64,000 nucleotides of DNA from Diadema antillarum (lineage: Eukaryota), in NCBI RefSeq assembly GCF_040938485.1, contig NW_027271066.1, positions 868,001-932,000 of the forward strand, read 5' to 3'. Below, piece after piece: positions 12,501 to 26,700 of the stretch. Each line of letters begins with the position of its first letter. Within the stretch, counting starts at the first letter, position 1. The notes beneath the pieces were generated by a model. That model was given only the letters and a program-made list of their open reading frames with translations, was not told the DNA's origin and made no database searches. Both the position numbers and the translations under genes were made by a program.

Positions 12501-15500
12501 ACGATGGTCTCCTCCACAGACATGAATAGAAGGAAGTGAAAGCCTTGTAATGAATGAGCTAATGAGATGGATATACTATGCAAATTGGTGCTTTCATGCT
12601 CTGCAGTCAGCAAGCAGCCGTAGATTGTATAATGTAAGAAAGAGTTGATTACCCAGCCCAATGAGTGGGAACTCAATATCTTCCAGCCCCTTAGCACGCC
12701 TGGTTGTGCAGCTATCAAATTAAAGTTGTTTGTTTGCCAAATGGTCCATGGATGTTTCACTGCCTCCTCTTGATACATTGTAGAAGAGAGCTTTTGAATT
12801 TCCATGACTAAAATAATCTGCATTGCAAAACCGACTTCCCATCTGTATACGCTTTGTCTGGAAATGTATGTTAGTGTCCCGCGGAGACAGTGGATACACA
12901 TGTCAATATTGATGTGACATGCGCCGCGTTACAGAAATACTGCGTTGTCATGATATACAATGTACATGTATCTACTGCTATGACTGGCCAGAGCCTGATA
13001 ACATCAATATAAAACAACAACAAAATTCCAAGTATGGGTGATGTGCCACTGATGTTAAAGTTATGTACGTGTACATGTGCATGTACTATTCAAGATTCTA
13101 AAGATGACTCGCTGAACATCAAACTGTCATATTTCTTCTTTTTTTTTTGGGGGGGGGGGAGGTATTGTCAATATTTTGTTACCTTGCCCTATCACAAGTT
13201 TTTAGTAGTTGCTTTGTGGCTTCTTTTCTCCCAGTTGAGCTCAACTTCATTTTTGCTGATTTTTTTTTCCCCCTCAAAATTACTAACAGTGCATAGACCT
13301 GTAGATACAAGTACAAATTGTACCGTCATTTGTTTCAATTTTAATAGTCCCAGAACACTTTATAGTGAAGAGAGCTGGGATCCTTTAACCAGCATTTTGC
13401 ACAGTACATGTAGGTACAGTAGGTACTGTCAGGCATGTGGCAATGTAAGAACGCACAAACTTCTCCAACTTATCGTCAGTAAATCTGGAGCGTGAGTTTT
13501 GAAAAAGTTTTTTAAAGGATATACATTTATGAGTGAAAAAGAAGTATCACTTTCAGGCCCGGTCACACTGCCCAAAAGTTGTGTAAACGCATGAATCACG
13601 TAAGAAATTCGAGCCTTATGCGATATATGCGTGATTTGTGCATTTCATGAGTTTGTCTGATGTGGAACCTTCGTACAACTTTGTAGTTGTCCGCTGGTGT
13701 GCACATGCTGGATCGGCGCTTTACGCGATTCCAGGTTTTGAGCAGCTCAAACTCGGCTTCGCGTAAAAGTTCATGCAGTATTGCTCTGTTTTACGTAATT
13801 TTTGCGTAGTTTGCAGTTCTTACGTGAACAATGCGTGAAATATGCGTGGAATATCAGTGATCGTTCGCGAAAATGTTGTCGCTATCGCGTTCATGCGCGA
13901 ATCATGTGTGATTCATACTCACTTCATTAGTGATAATGTGCAGATTATGCATGGTTTTCCTTGGACCTCAGTCGTTGCGCACAACCACGTATTCGCCCTG
14001 TTTGGGGCCTTTGCGTGCCTATGCGCTGAAAGTGCGTGGTTTGTAAGTGATTTTTGCGTGATCTTTCCGTAGTTCTTGCGCAATTCATCGGTGATTTTAA
14101 TCACGTAAATCAGCAAAAATTCTCAACGGACAAGCACGCACAACCAAATTTCTTGTGTGATTTTATACGTTTACACGACTTTTGGGCAGTGTGACCGGGC
14201 CTTTAGAATGAATGAGCCTCTGTGTACTGCAATGATTGATACACCCCAAACTTGCTGATGACTATGAGTTATGTCCGGGTAGTGATACAGATTGTAGTAG
14301 TGATGGAGGGAGATCTGTATCCAGCATCATCTGTCATCATCCTCTCATTCTGTGTGGAGAGAAAGATAGAGAAAGAGAGAGTGAGAGAAGAAGAGGACGA
14401 AGAGGGAGAGAGAGAGGGTAGAGAAAGAGATGCTACAAAGCTCTGGGCTTTCTAGGATGGGCTTTATACATGCATTCAGTGCACAAAACTACGACACTGG
14501 ACCCGCAGGACATAATACCGTTGTAAATGCGCAATCTGTACCCTGCCTTCCTACATGCCATTTTCAAATATTGACATTACCAGGACCTCTGATGCCAGTT
14601 GAATCCAGTGAATGTTGACACATCTAGATATTCTCTGGCAGTGCTCAGATGCAAGGAGGGGGGCGTCACACAGGCACTCATTTTTTGTCCATTGAGGATG
14701 TTTCGTAAGCATAGACTAGTCTTGCAAATGTACAGAACAGAAGTTCTTCTTTTTGTTGACAATTCCTGGGGTGGAAATTTAGTGACGCTTAATAATCAAA
14801 ATCCAAAATATGAAGCCTGAGCCAGAGTATGATGTGAACGATGTGAACGGATTTAGGGTAATTCCATGGGGTTGGGACTGAAATTGTGACATACAAGTTG
14901 AAAATTCAAGTTGGGCAAATTGAAATTTCCTTTTTTCCCCTGATTTGTTACTCCCATTCTTCAACTTATTCCACTAGAAATCTGTTTATTACTTCGCACA
15001 CTTTCAGTCAGCATGGGTAAACAGGTATGGCAAAATACCTATGTTACATGGACTTCATTTGTTGACATCCTTCATAATTTTGTGTTCTGAAATGATAACA
15101 ATGAACACATCCACATTTTTTTCGTCCATAGCACATCAACATGTTATTTAAGAGGCGCATGAGATCATTATTAGTAAGATTGTATGTTCTTCAGTACTTT
15201 CAGGAAAAGCAGAAAAATAAGCTGTTTCTCCATGTATAGCTGTACAGCATGGGTTAAAAGGTCACAATGTCACAAAAATAAGCTAGCATTACACTCCTAC
15301 CAGGATGGGACTTCAGACCTTATAACTTTCTCCAGCTGAAAGAACCACTGTTTTTTATTGCATGCAAGCAATGCCAGGAAAAAATCCATTAATTTGATAC
15401 CAAACACATAGGGGTAGACTTAAAATATGGACCTCAAATCTTGATTTTACGTAAGTTGTAAAACGCTTTTTTTGACGCATTACGTGGGTTTTGGGGGACT

Positions 15501-17683
15501 TTTTGGTAATTAACCTTTAATAATTAACAGTAAATGAGAAGAAATTAGCTATTGTCTTACCACATGTGATTACTGATGTCTTAGCATGCTGCATGTGAAT
15601 TTTTAAGTCAGTTGGTGCATTCTTTTAGAAGTAACAATTTTTTAAAGTGAGAAAGTCATGATTGCATACCCTGATTGTGCTTATCACCTATTACAAAATC
15701 AAACCCAAGCTCAAGACCATTATCTCATAATACTACTGGTGTAGGTTTCATCAAAATTAAAGTAAAAAAAAAACACCCCAAACAAACAAACAAACAAACA
15801 AACAAACAAACTAAAATAATGGAAAGGCGATAAGTTTTACGTGTACATTTTCTGTATGAAACTGATGTATAGTAGCAAACACATATGTCATGTTGAAGAC
15901 ATGTGTGAGTGTGTGTGTGTGTGATTGGGTTTTTATAAGTATCATACGTAGTAGCATAAATCATTTGTATTTGATATTCAGGTTGTTCGTAGTGTAGATT
16001 GCTTTGTGTTTACATTTGCAGCTTGTGTTATTTAGCTTTGCAAGATACAAGAAAGACAGAAAAAAGAAGAAGTTGAAGATGATGTAATCACCTCATTACC
16101 ACATTGATTACCCAGATGTCCGACCATGAAAATAGACGGAAAGTTGTACCGTGCTAAAGTATTAACCAAAAACACATTTTCATCACATTTTTGTGATCTC
16201 AAGCTTTAGCAACATGCCTGTATTGGTCCCCAAATATGTGAATGGCTTGTAATCAGAAATGCACTACATGTATTTGAAAAATTCAAAGATTCTCTCTGAC
16301 ATTGGTCATATACAGTGTACACCCTGTAGATAGAATACCGAATTATCACTTTGATGTTTACAGATATCAGATTCTACAATCATTTGAGAGAAAGGAAAAA
16401 CATGAGCGTTTATCTGTGTGTTCCTGTGTGACAAATGTCAGGGGTGTGCTGAGGAAAAGATACGGTACTACTGTACTTGCTGTGTGCATGGTATGAGTGA
16501 CTTGTGTGCATCTGGACATCATAGTATGTTCTGCAGACAAATTGGATACACCACTTACTCAACTAGGAAATGCCCTACCCAAACACGATCCAATTACGCG
16601 GAGTGTGCCATACTGCATTTCTCAAATTGCGGAAGGTGTCTTCCAGTGGCCCAAGGTCAAATTGGTTAACTTTGCATGGCTGTTGTGTGATGACAATTAA
16701 ATGTTAGTGTACATGGCACAAGTGTGTGTTTAACATGTCAGTCAAAACGTCAAGCCAGAATGACTCTCTTTCTATTTATGATTAGTAATAATGATAATAT
16801 CAATAAGGTCTTCTTCATCCAGGGTTGCCACTGCTCTACAACTGTGTACCAGAAGGGCTTGTCATTGTTATTACTGGTACTCTGGCGTTGCCAGGTACCT
16901 GTTTACCTGGGTTGTGAGGGACATTAACATGGTACAGCTGTCAGGTAAAAACATCTTGTCCAAGGATGTAAGCACTGGATGGGAATCAAACCCGGGTCCT
17001 CCGAGTGGGAGTCAGGAGTCTTATCCACTACGCCAAGTGCAGTGCTCCCGATCTACAAACCGCCACCCCTCCCCCCCCCCCCCCCCCCCCTTTGCACACA
17101 TTGTACCTGTACACACACACTCACATTGAGGTTGCAGTACAGATCAAAGTTGCTTTTCAGATGGCCTTGTGGAAGATGTAAAATATATTTTCCATGTTCA
17201 GGTAGAGTTTTAACAAAATGATATGCTGGGCCAATATCTCCTTTGAGCAAGTCCTAAAGTAGTTTTATGTATAGCTGAAACAAGTCAAAATGTAATGGAA
17301 TTCATCTTCATAACAATACATGGTCACCACATTCTACTTGTCTGTGTTGATACATTGAAGCTTTTGAAGAGCATCATTCTCATTTTAAGTTTTGTCGACT
17401 TTTTTTCTGATGCTGGTCCATGCTTTTTCATACTGGAAGAGATTTTCTGTATTTCAAGACATCAAGATCAGAACTGCCTGCTCAGATATGTTCTCTAAAA
17501 AAGGCCTTGATATTGAAAGTAGAATTTATGTCAATACACTGTATGTAGTTATTGTTTTATGCCAGAGTCTGCGCTTTTTTCTCAGAGTACATTTGAAAAA
17601 TAAGGTTTTGGCAATTGAATTTAACATCGACTGTATTGTGTTCAGATTGAATGCATGACCATGCAGAGCAAGTGGAAGACAAG

Positions 17684-17725
<42 letters not shown>

Positions 17726-20700
17726 TATGTGTGTTTCATTGTTTGAAACCTTTATTCAGATTGATCATGATAGCAGCCTACAAGTGCACCATTGAAACCC
17801 ATTGAGAATGATTTGATTTTGCTACAACACACATTTCCCATAGACACCTTCCTGAGTATACAAATGTACTCAGGACTAGACTTTTATAAACGGATAAAGA
17901 TCCTGTTTACCTCTGGGAGCAGTGATTAAAAAAATGTTCAAGATATCACATTTGATGCATACAGTATGTGTAGGTCTGTTGTGTCACAAAACATCCTACC
18001 ATGTAAAACTTTTTCAGTAAAGCCTAAAATATTTAACGAGATATCAGTATTTTTCTCATCAAACCGTAACTGTAGACAGTTTAGTCTGGAAACATTTTTA
18101 TTATAACTATTGTTCACATTTTGTGTATTTAACAATATTTAATAACATCAATCGTACTGGTTCAAATTTTTACATTGGTTATTTCTATCCCTAACTCACA
18201 TTTTAGAACTATTTTGAAGCACTAATGCTGGGTTTTTGTTTCTTCGGCATATGGTAAATTATGCCTTTAAAGGCCCAGTAGCGTAGAGACACCATGCAAT
18301 AGGAAGGCCGACCCGACTCGGGATATATTCGGGAATCCCCGTAATGAATCGTGTACACTGTCAAATGTAGAGCTTTACACGCAGCTGAAGAATGTAGACT
18401 GGGGTTTAACGTTGCTGATTTTTAGTGCAAATATTTTGCTGGCGGGCAATTCTCATACACTATGTTGTAGTTGTAGTTTTCAAATGTTCGTGTACCTTGC
18501 CAACGATCAATATTCAATCAGGCCAACCTTCCCATAACACAGCATCCTCATACGACCTGGGGGGGGGGGGGGGGGTTGTTTCATAAAGCTGTTCTTAAAG
18601 TTACGAATGACTTAAGAACAACTGTTGATCAGTTCTTGTGCTGAATTATTGAAATTCTGATAAGTATAGCACATCAGAATGTGTTCCAGACGTTCTTAAG
18701 TCATTCGTAACTTTAAGAACAGCTTTATGAAACACCCCCCTGGTCTTTTATGTAAAGAGCATTGGCGTAGCTCTATTACAGGTTCAACCTCATGAGGAGT
18801 TGAACAAATACTTCTCCATGGATGTTTGATGACATCACCTTCTTCCTCAGTACATCATGCACCATAGCCCTTACACTGTTTGCATGTTTGAGGAGACAAC
18901 AATAGAGCCAAGGGGAAAGGGGGAAAAAACATAAAGATGATATGCCAAGGTCATGTTATAAGATGATAAGAGAGCGACTTTCCATTATCATGATGAATCA
19001 GGTGCAGAGCTGCAGGTGTCATGCTACACAGGAGCTGTGCCATAAAACTCTTGGGTCTCGGGTCTCCTCCGTCCTCAGCCTCTGTGGTACGCGAATTGGA
19101 GCGGACGGCCTTTTTTTGCGACATGAAATTTTCGTGAACTGCCCCTGGCATTCAATGCATATAGTGTAGACAAGAACTTTCACGTGCATTTTAATTTAGA
19201 AATTAAAATGCACGCGAACATTCATCGTTTTACAGTAGCTATTGTAATGGTGAGCATATCTTAACCCGTTGAGGACGGGCTGATTTTGCTACAGCAGGCA
19301 TTTCCCATAGACACTTGCCCGAGTATACTGGAGACTCGTCCTCCACGGGATAATAGGCGTGTCTTCATCAGAGCAAAGTTCAAGCTAACAGGCTATGTGG
19401 AGCTGCCAAGTCTCCCTGATTCTGCAGGAGTCTCCCTGAAAATGTCAAAATCTGTTCATGTCTGAATACAAGAATATTCAAATCTCCCTGATTTGGGAAT
19501 TATTTTCGCCAACTGAAATGCATGTAACACACAGATATCTCCCTGATTGCTGTGTGGAGTCTCCCTGATTTGGTTGTGGGAATGATGGCAGACCTGGGCT
19601 ATGCCGCAGTTTGGGAAAATAGCCCAATATTACGAATGTGCGTCTTCATCAGCTCCAAAACAGCCTACCTTGGAAATTAGCCCAAAGTTGATGCGTATTT
19701 TGCATCATCACTCGGCTCACTCAGCCACAGAACTTTACGTAGAGTTCTGTGGTCTCAGTGGATGGTGCGAATGATCAGATAGAGAAAATTTCGGGTTGAC
19801 GGAGATGCAACCCAAATAGCACGCTATTTGCATCTTTGTTGTACAAATAACAGGTTAATTTGTCATATGGGTAATTTCCTGACCGCCAAATAGCGCCAAA
19901 TTTTAAAACTTTGGTCTGATGAAGACACTCCTAATGTGTGTCTCCTGAGTGTGAGATTTACACGGCTCTGATGAATTACAGAACTTGTGCACATGTAGTA
20001 CAGTGGTGCTTTAAATACACTTTTCCCCAGATGCGACCATGATCTCCAATACAGGGGATGATTATGCCCAGTGGCACACGAGATTACGCAAGATTTCTTT
20101 CCTGACACAATTGAAGGCGCCCATGTATTTCAACACAGTCAATTGTAAAAGGTGATAAGAAGCTTTGAATGTCTATAAGTCTATCTCCTGTATATTGATG
20201 GCCTAATATGAAAAATAAAGGAAAGCCACTTTTAAGTATTGCTGTATGTACCATACCTTTTATGGGGGTTTTAATTTGCAAATTAATGAGTTGGGTGCTA
20301 CTTGCAAATTTAAAAACATGCAAAAATATCAAATTCTGATTGTGATGTGAATGCAACATGCACATATGCATTTCTCCCCCCTTTGCTACTATGTATAAGC
20401 CACGATCATGAATTTAACCATTTGCGAAATTGTTGGGAAGTCCCGATATACAGTGTACGAAAAATTAGACTCCCTTAAAATATGGCATAGCGTAGATACA
20501 GTAGTTGATCATGCTAACCATCCTCATATAAATGTCATTGATTCAATAGTCAGGTGCTGATAAACTACACTCAACAAACTTGTGTTAAATTGAATGAACT
20601 TGCACATTAATCAGTGTTACTTGTATGTTATAAAAGTCTTTTCCTGTATTGAAGTGACGGTGGAACGCCCTCTCACTTGGGTTCATGGGATAGATCACAT

Positions 20701-23700
20701 GACACATTTATGCACTACGCTCCTTGGTACAATCATTATCAATCTTTGTTTTCATCTTTTTTTTTTTTCTGAACAGCTTCAACCAATCAGACAAGATTAT
20801 TTCATGAGACATGTGATACTATTGGATGATTGATTTGCTGAAGGTCATAGTTTAAATCCTGCAAATTTGTTTCTGAGTTGCCATAGCTAAATTGTGCAGG
20901 TCTACAATTACACAATAAAATTTTGATATGACAGTGTGTAGGTTGGGACATAAAATCTTGTTTCCTTGGGTAGTGTGGACTTGGAAGGTTACAATGTGTC
21001 GAGTGCACAAATACTGCACACAAGTGAAAGTGCATTACATCTTTATGGTATATTATTGATTCTGGGGAAAACAAGATACTACTGATGTTAAGTGGTGGAA
21101 GAGAGGAAAGATGGCATCTACAGTGGCAGAGCGTGAGACCTTGAGATGCTGAAGTATGGGGGGGGGGGGGGTCTTGTTCAAGAAACTGTCACTATTCGGT
21201 CAGTATTCTGACTTGACATTCATGGACACACTTGGTCATTTGAAGAATTTATGTATAGATCTGTAGTTAAATTACTGATTTAGTTTCCAAAGTCTATGTG
21301 CTGTATTGTTTAATTTTTTCCCCAAAGTATGTACAGTATTTTCGTTCAGATGGATAAACAAAGTTCATTTGTTCCTTTGTTCTTGTTTCTTTGCCAAGGG
21401 CATGAATTTGTGTGGTAATAAAACAGTATTGTCTACAAAAGATGAGAATGCAAATACAGGTACTTAATGATTCACATTGCCAGTTTTCAAGTTTAAAGCC
21501 CTTTTTAAAATCTAGGTTGACCAACAGGGACTGCTACAAATGGCCGCTTTGTACAGTTGAACCTCTCTTATCCGGCCTCCCTTTATCCGGATCTCTCTAT
21601 TATACGGACGCAATCTCGCCGTGATTTTTTAAAAATAATTACGGGAGGAAAGGGGGATTCCCAACTCCTTGAGAACTCCTACACAAACACACATGAATTA
21701 CATATACTTGATACATTTCTAAATAATTATTTAGGTAAATCATCCCAAGAATTTATAAAAGAAAATGATTTCATTCTTGCAAACACGAACCTCTATTTTG
21801 GGGTCTGTTACTGAGTGTAACAATGAAAAGGTTGCAGTATACACATTACTACATGTGGTACTACAATGGGCTACATCAGTACATGTGTATGTAAAGCATT
21901 GAGTCTCCCGTATCCGGCCAAATCCCTTATCCGGATGAGCCCCGGTCCCGACTTGTCCGGATACGAGAGGTTCAACTGTAGTTCACAGAACAGCTACAGT
22001 GTAGTCACCTTATTGCTATGGACAGGTATATATTATGTCATCACTCCAGACTGTATGAAACATGTCAAGAGTGCAGTCTCTAGTGCTAGAGTCTGGTACT
22101 CGGGAATGACAGCAATAAGATAAATAATTCCACTAAAAAAGTCATCATTTGTTTTTGGCCCCCTTTAATGTAGAGTAGGCATGTATCACAATCGAAAGAC
22201 AGATCTCTGTGCATGCAATGGGAATATGAGACAACAAAAGAAAAATATTGCATTGTTAAGCCGTCAAAGTCACTCTACAGCTTTCATTGTACTGTGCATG
22301 GATGGTAGCAGCTTGGTGTGAAGACATGATTGCTCTCATGGTACATTGTATTTACTGTGCAGGGTTTTCGCCAGGAATTTCTTCACGCTTGTCGGCATTT
22401 ATGCACGCTGTTCCTGGGGGTGGGTACGGGTGCGCGAAGCGCGGAAGCCTTCGCTAATGCTCAATACAACACAGATAAATCGCCGCTAAAATGCCACTAA
22501 ATGCGACATTTTCACGGAGATGTAATGAACGTTGCGAGGGGCATATTCTCACAGAAACAATGCAGAAACTCCATACCTTTTGTTAGCGGCAGTTCCTAAA
22601 TAATAAATGAAAGAGAAGTAGGTGCCGATGGTGAAGGTTCCGATTTCTTTTAGGCCTTTCCTGTTTCACTGTTGCAATAATTAGCCGTCTCTACATGGCA
22701 ACAACGCGCGCCGTGTTGCTTTCTCGCCGTCTGCTCGACCACGTGGTAGGCCTACTGCATGCAGATGCGCGAGAAGCGATCGAGAACTTTGGGGACATCG
22801 TTGCACTTTCCTTTCTGGGTATACTGCGGTAGTTTGGTCGTGACATCAAAGAGATATCATACAAAAATGTAATGATGGTCATTATTCCGAAGGTTTGTTT
22901 AACCATAAAATGAAACGATTCATTACTGAGTACTTCGAAGGTTTGTAATCGAAAAGAACAACAACACCAAAGGTCGGTACTACAGATGAATGTTCAAAAT
23001 AAAACTGATTTCGTTCGAAGATTAACAAGCATTTTTTCTTTATTATTTCCCGATCAACGAACCTTCAAAAAGGAATCTATCATCTATCATCGTTATTGTT
23101 TCGGAATAACAAACCTTCAGAATAAGAAACCACCGTTTTGGGGCCGTTGTTGTATTCCGAAATTATACTGGCAGAACATTCGAAATAATAAAACTGATTT
23201 CGTTTGGACATTTAAACGAATATTTTCTCCTTTATCATTTTTCGATTAACGATCATTCAGAATTAAAAATGTAGAGTATTATTTTGCCATTATTCTTTCG
23301 GAGTAACGAACATTCAGGGTAAGAAAGTTTTCATTTCTTCTTTATCGTTTTCCGATTAACGATCGTTCAGAATTAAGAATCTAAAAAAGTATTTTATCGT
23401 TATTCTTTCGCAGTAACGAACCTTCAGAGTAAAAGAAAACTGTAACCGTTTTGGGGCCGTCGTTTTATTCTGAAATTTCACTGACAGAAACGTTCGAAAT
23501 AACAAAACTGATTTCGTTGTGAAATGAACGGACATTTTTTTAAAAATCATTTTTGGATTAACGAACCTTCAGAATAAGGAATCTAGCATTATTTTATCAT
23601 TAATCTGTCGGAGTAACGAACCCTCAGAGTAAGAAAACTGCAACTGTTTTTTGGGCAGTTGTTTTATTCCAAATTTCACTGGCAAAACGTTCGAAATGAC

Positions 23701-26700
23701 GCACTGATTTCGTTTTGAAATTTACGGACATTTTTCTTTATTAAATTTTCGGTTAACGAACCTTCAGAATAAAGAATCTACAATTTGTTATTTCATCATT
23801 ACTACTTCTGTCGGAATAACAGACCCTTAGAGTATACGAAAACACGCTGTTTTGTGCCGTCGTTTCTCCGAAATTTCACTGACAGAAACGTTCAAAATAG
23901 CAAAACTAATTTCGTTGCGAAATGAACGGACATTCTTTCTTAATCATTTTTGGATTAACGAACCTTCAGAATAAAGAATCTAGCATCATTTTATCATTAA
24001 TCTGTCGGAGTAACGAAAAAAAAAATGAACCTTGGTGGTGATAACTGATGCTGGTGTAGAGAAAAACAAAGACAGCTCGCTCAAAAGATGATTCCTTCTT
24101 TCAGTTTATTTTCTCCCCAGTCATTCCTATCGTTCTCTTTCCATTTATGATCCCCTGCTATGCACGGACGATGAACAAAACAAAATGTTACCGATGCTGC
24201 AATGAAAAAAAAAAGAAGAAAGAAACACCTCCTCGAAGCAAATTATCTACACTTTTCAAGTTGAACAAATTGATGTTCGTAATGAAGAATAAAAAAAACC
24301 AAAAACACGACCACCAGCAGTGGGGAAACTTGATATCATGGCTTGTGGAAATTTCCACGAAATTTCCACGAAAGTCATGTGTCAGATAAAGGAATGCCGC
24401 GCGTACTGCCACCTTGCTTCAGTGGTCGTAAACAGCGTGTACATAGCATGTAAACCAACTGGGAACATTGATGAATGATCATCCATTTATTTTCTGCCCA
24501 TGAAGCCCCCCTAGCCCACCTTTTAACAAACCAAGCCAGAAGCACGTGGAGCATTACGTACGTTGAACTTGAAAGACCATCATGACAGAATTACTATAAA
24601 TTTCGGCCCGGAGAAGGAAAATGGAATATTCACGAATAACGTTTACAAATCCATGGAAATTGAAAAGGCTAAAATGGAACGCATGGCTTTTTAGATTAAA
24701 AAAAATAATAATAACCCACTGAAACTAACCCTAAATAACAATTTGCATTTGCTTACTCCATCGCACATTCTTTTTTCTTTTCTTTTCTTTTCTTTTTAAC
24801 GAAAGATGGAGCTAATATTCTCTCTGCGGCAATGCTTTGAACGCATCTAATTTTGCGTCATTGCCAATGGTCAGCTTCCTAAAGAATTGATACAAATCCT
24901 TTCAAATATACGAAATAAAGTCTAAAAATCCTGGATCCGCCTGGCGGTGAATTCCGGTGGTATTCTGCTCACTATCAAAATTTAATCATTTGTTCCTTGC
25001 GCCATTTTACCAACCAACTGTTCCTGAAAATTTCATCCTAATCTGTTCCCAAATTTTGACTAATTTTGCGAATACTAGAGAGACAGACAGGCAGACAAAC
25101 TAACAAACAAACCAAAGCAGCCAAAAAAATAAAAATACAACCTTTGGCGGAGGGGGGCATGCATTTCATATCGTTTGTTTTTGCGTAACCCGACAACAAG
25201 CGGGACAACAAGCGAGCACGAGCACGTGTCAGCCTTCCTCAGCCTCCTTCGGCCTCCGACCCTCTCTTTCCGTCCTCTCTCTCCGTCTCACAATACACTG
25301 TACCGTTGTACACGCAGGCGGCTGAAGTGGCCGGCTGGGTGCTTGTGCTTGTGTGTCTGGATCCCAAATCAGAGCGCATGTGAGTGAGCAAGTGTGTGAT
25401 GTGGTGTGTATCAGCTAGTACGTCGCCGCGTGGTTGTGATCGGTGCGGTGACTGCGTGGGTAACTTTTTGCGCTTGTAAACTGCTGCTGCTTTCAACATC
25501 TAGCTTCTTTTCTAGCCAGATAATAAAGACTGAAAAAGGCGAGAAATTGGTCCGAACTTAGCTCGTCAAGCAAGTTACCCTTGTCGGCAAGTTCACGCGT
25601 GGTGTTACCCTTGTCGGCAAGTTTTACCCTTGTCGGCAATTGTTTCTTCAAACCGCACGCTTGTCGGCGCCGACAAGGGTGATATACGCTGGCGAGATCC
25701 CTGCTGTGGTATAAAGGAGAATTAAATACTCCAAGAAATTATTTGTTCATTTTTTCTTTGGATATATTCAATAAAAAAGAAATGTAGTCAGTCTATCTGT
25801 GAGGCAGCAAATGTAAATTACTGAAATCATTTTACCCTTCACAAGTTGTGTTGAATGACTCATAATCCTCTCTCTCCTAGAAAAGTGTTTTTAATAATGT
25901 TTTTAATAATTTAAAAGTGTTTCAGAGAATCAGCTGAAATAATCACCATAGGCTGTGATGGAGTGACTACAGTTTACTAATTAGTTCAGATATTTTCTTT
26001 CAGTTTCTATCGTTTCATCTCTTCTCGCAGTAATTATGCATCCATCCAATGTGGCCTCAAAGAGTGCATTGTGTGAGCAGTGTACAAATTTGTGTCCAAT
26101 AAAGCTGAAAATAAAATATATATGTAACGAGATATTGAAGCATTGTAGACAAAGTTTATTCTGTGTGGCTGTGGTGTTGAACCTCTGGTGGTTTGATATA
26201 ATTGTAGATGTGCACCGTTTAAAAAGTGTTGGGCAAATACCATTTGTCTGGTCATAAACAGTGGTTATCAAATGATTTTGTACCCACTTTATAAAATCAA
26301 TTTAATCTTGTTCTAACACTGAGACATATTGTATGCAGACCCAAGAACTTACACTTTTTCATCCTATGTATGATGATAATCCTATAGATGTACATGTATG
26401 ATGATCATCCTCTGTTAGATAAAGTGTGCCTGCAGATGGATTATTGCACCTTTTGGTGTCCAACCAGAAATAACTTTTTATGTGTATTTTATGGATGCAA
26501 ACATGTTTGAATGGATACGTTTGTTACACTTTTTAGTGTTCTGATATTAATATTATACTGTGGGGCCAGTGTTCTTATTTTGTTCAATGATTTGACAGAT
26601 TATGTAGTGGTTGTGTAACTCCTGTGGGTGCTGACTATGGAAGATGAGAGCTCAGATGGTTAAAACTGTGAGATGTGCTTTGTGTTTTGGCATATTGGTG

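Larger units (their letters stand above)
22360..25703. mobile_element. 3.34 kb non-autonomous DNA transposon, CAGGG termini, 5-bp TSD (CTGTG)
   Basis: CAGGGTTTTCGCCAG / CTGGCGAGATCCCTG TIR; CTGTG at 22355-22359 and 25704-25708; shared subterminal CTTGTCGGC motifs; CpG-rich; no transposase ORF seen. Confidence 0.85.

Noticed and set aside
12064-12525. 153 aa plus-strand ORF
   Set aside because: No recognisable motif; best explained as the antisense of the putative GPCR relic.
16418-16700. Cys-rich ORFs possibly encoding a hormone-receptor (HRM) domain of the GPCR relic
   Set aside because: Motif-like pieces appear on both strands and in inconsistent frames; too weak to call.
16975-17045. tRNA-Gly(CCC)-like gene
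   Set aside because: No acceptor-stem pairing seen, and it continues into a SINE body and tail, so it is treated as a SINE head.
25576-25680. Short direct repeats TTACCCTTGTCGGCAAG resembling a CRISPR array
   Set aside because: Eukaryotic context, irregular very short spacers and no cas genes; these are transposon subterminal repeats.
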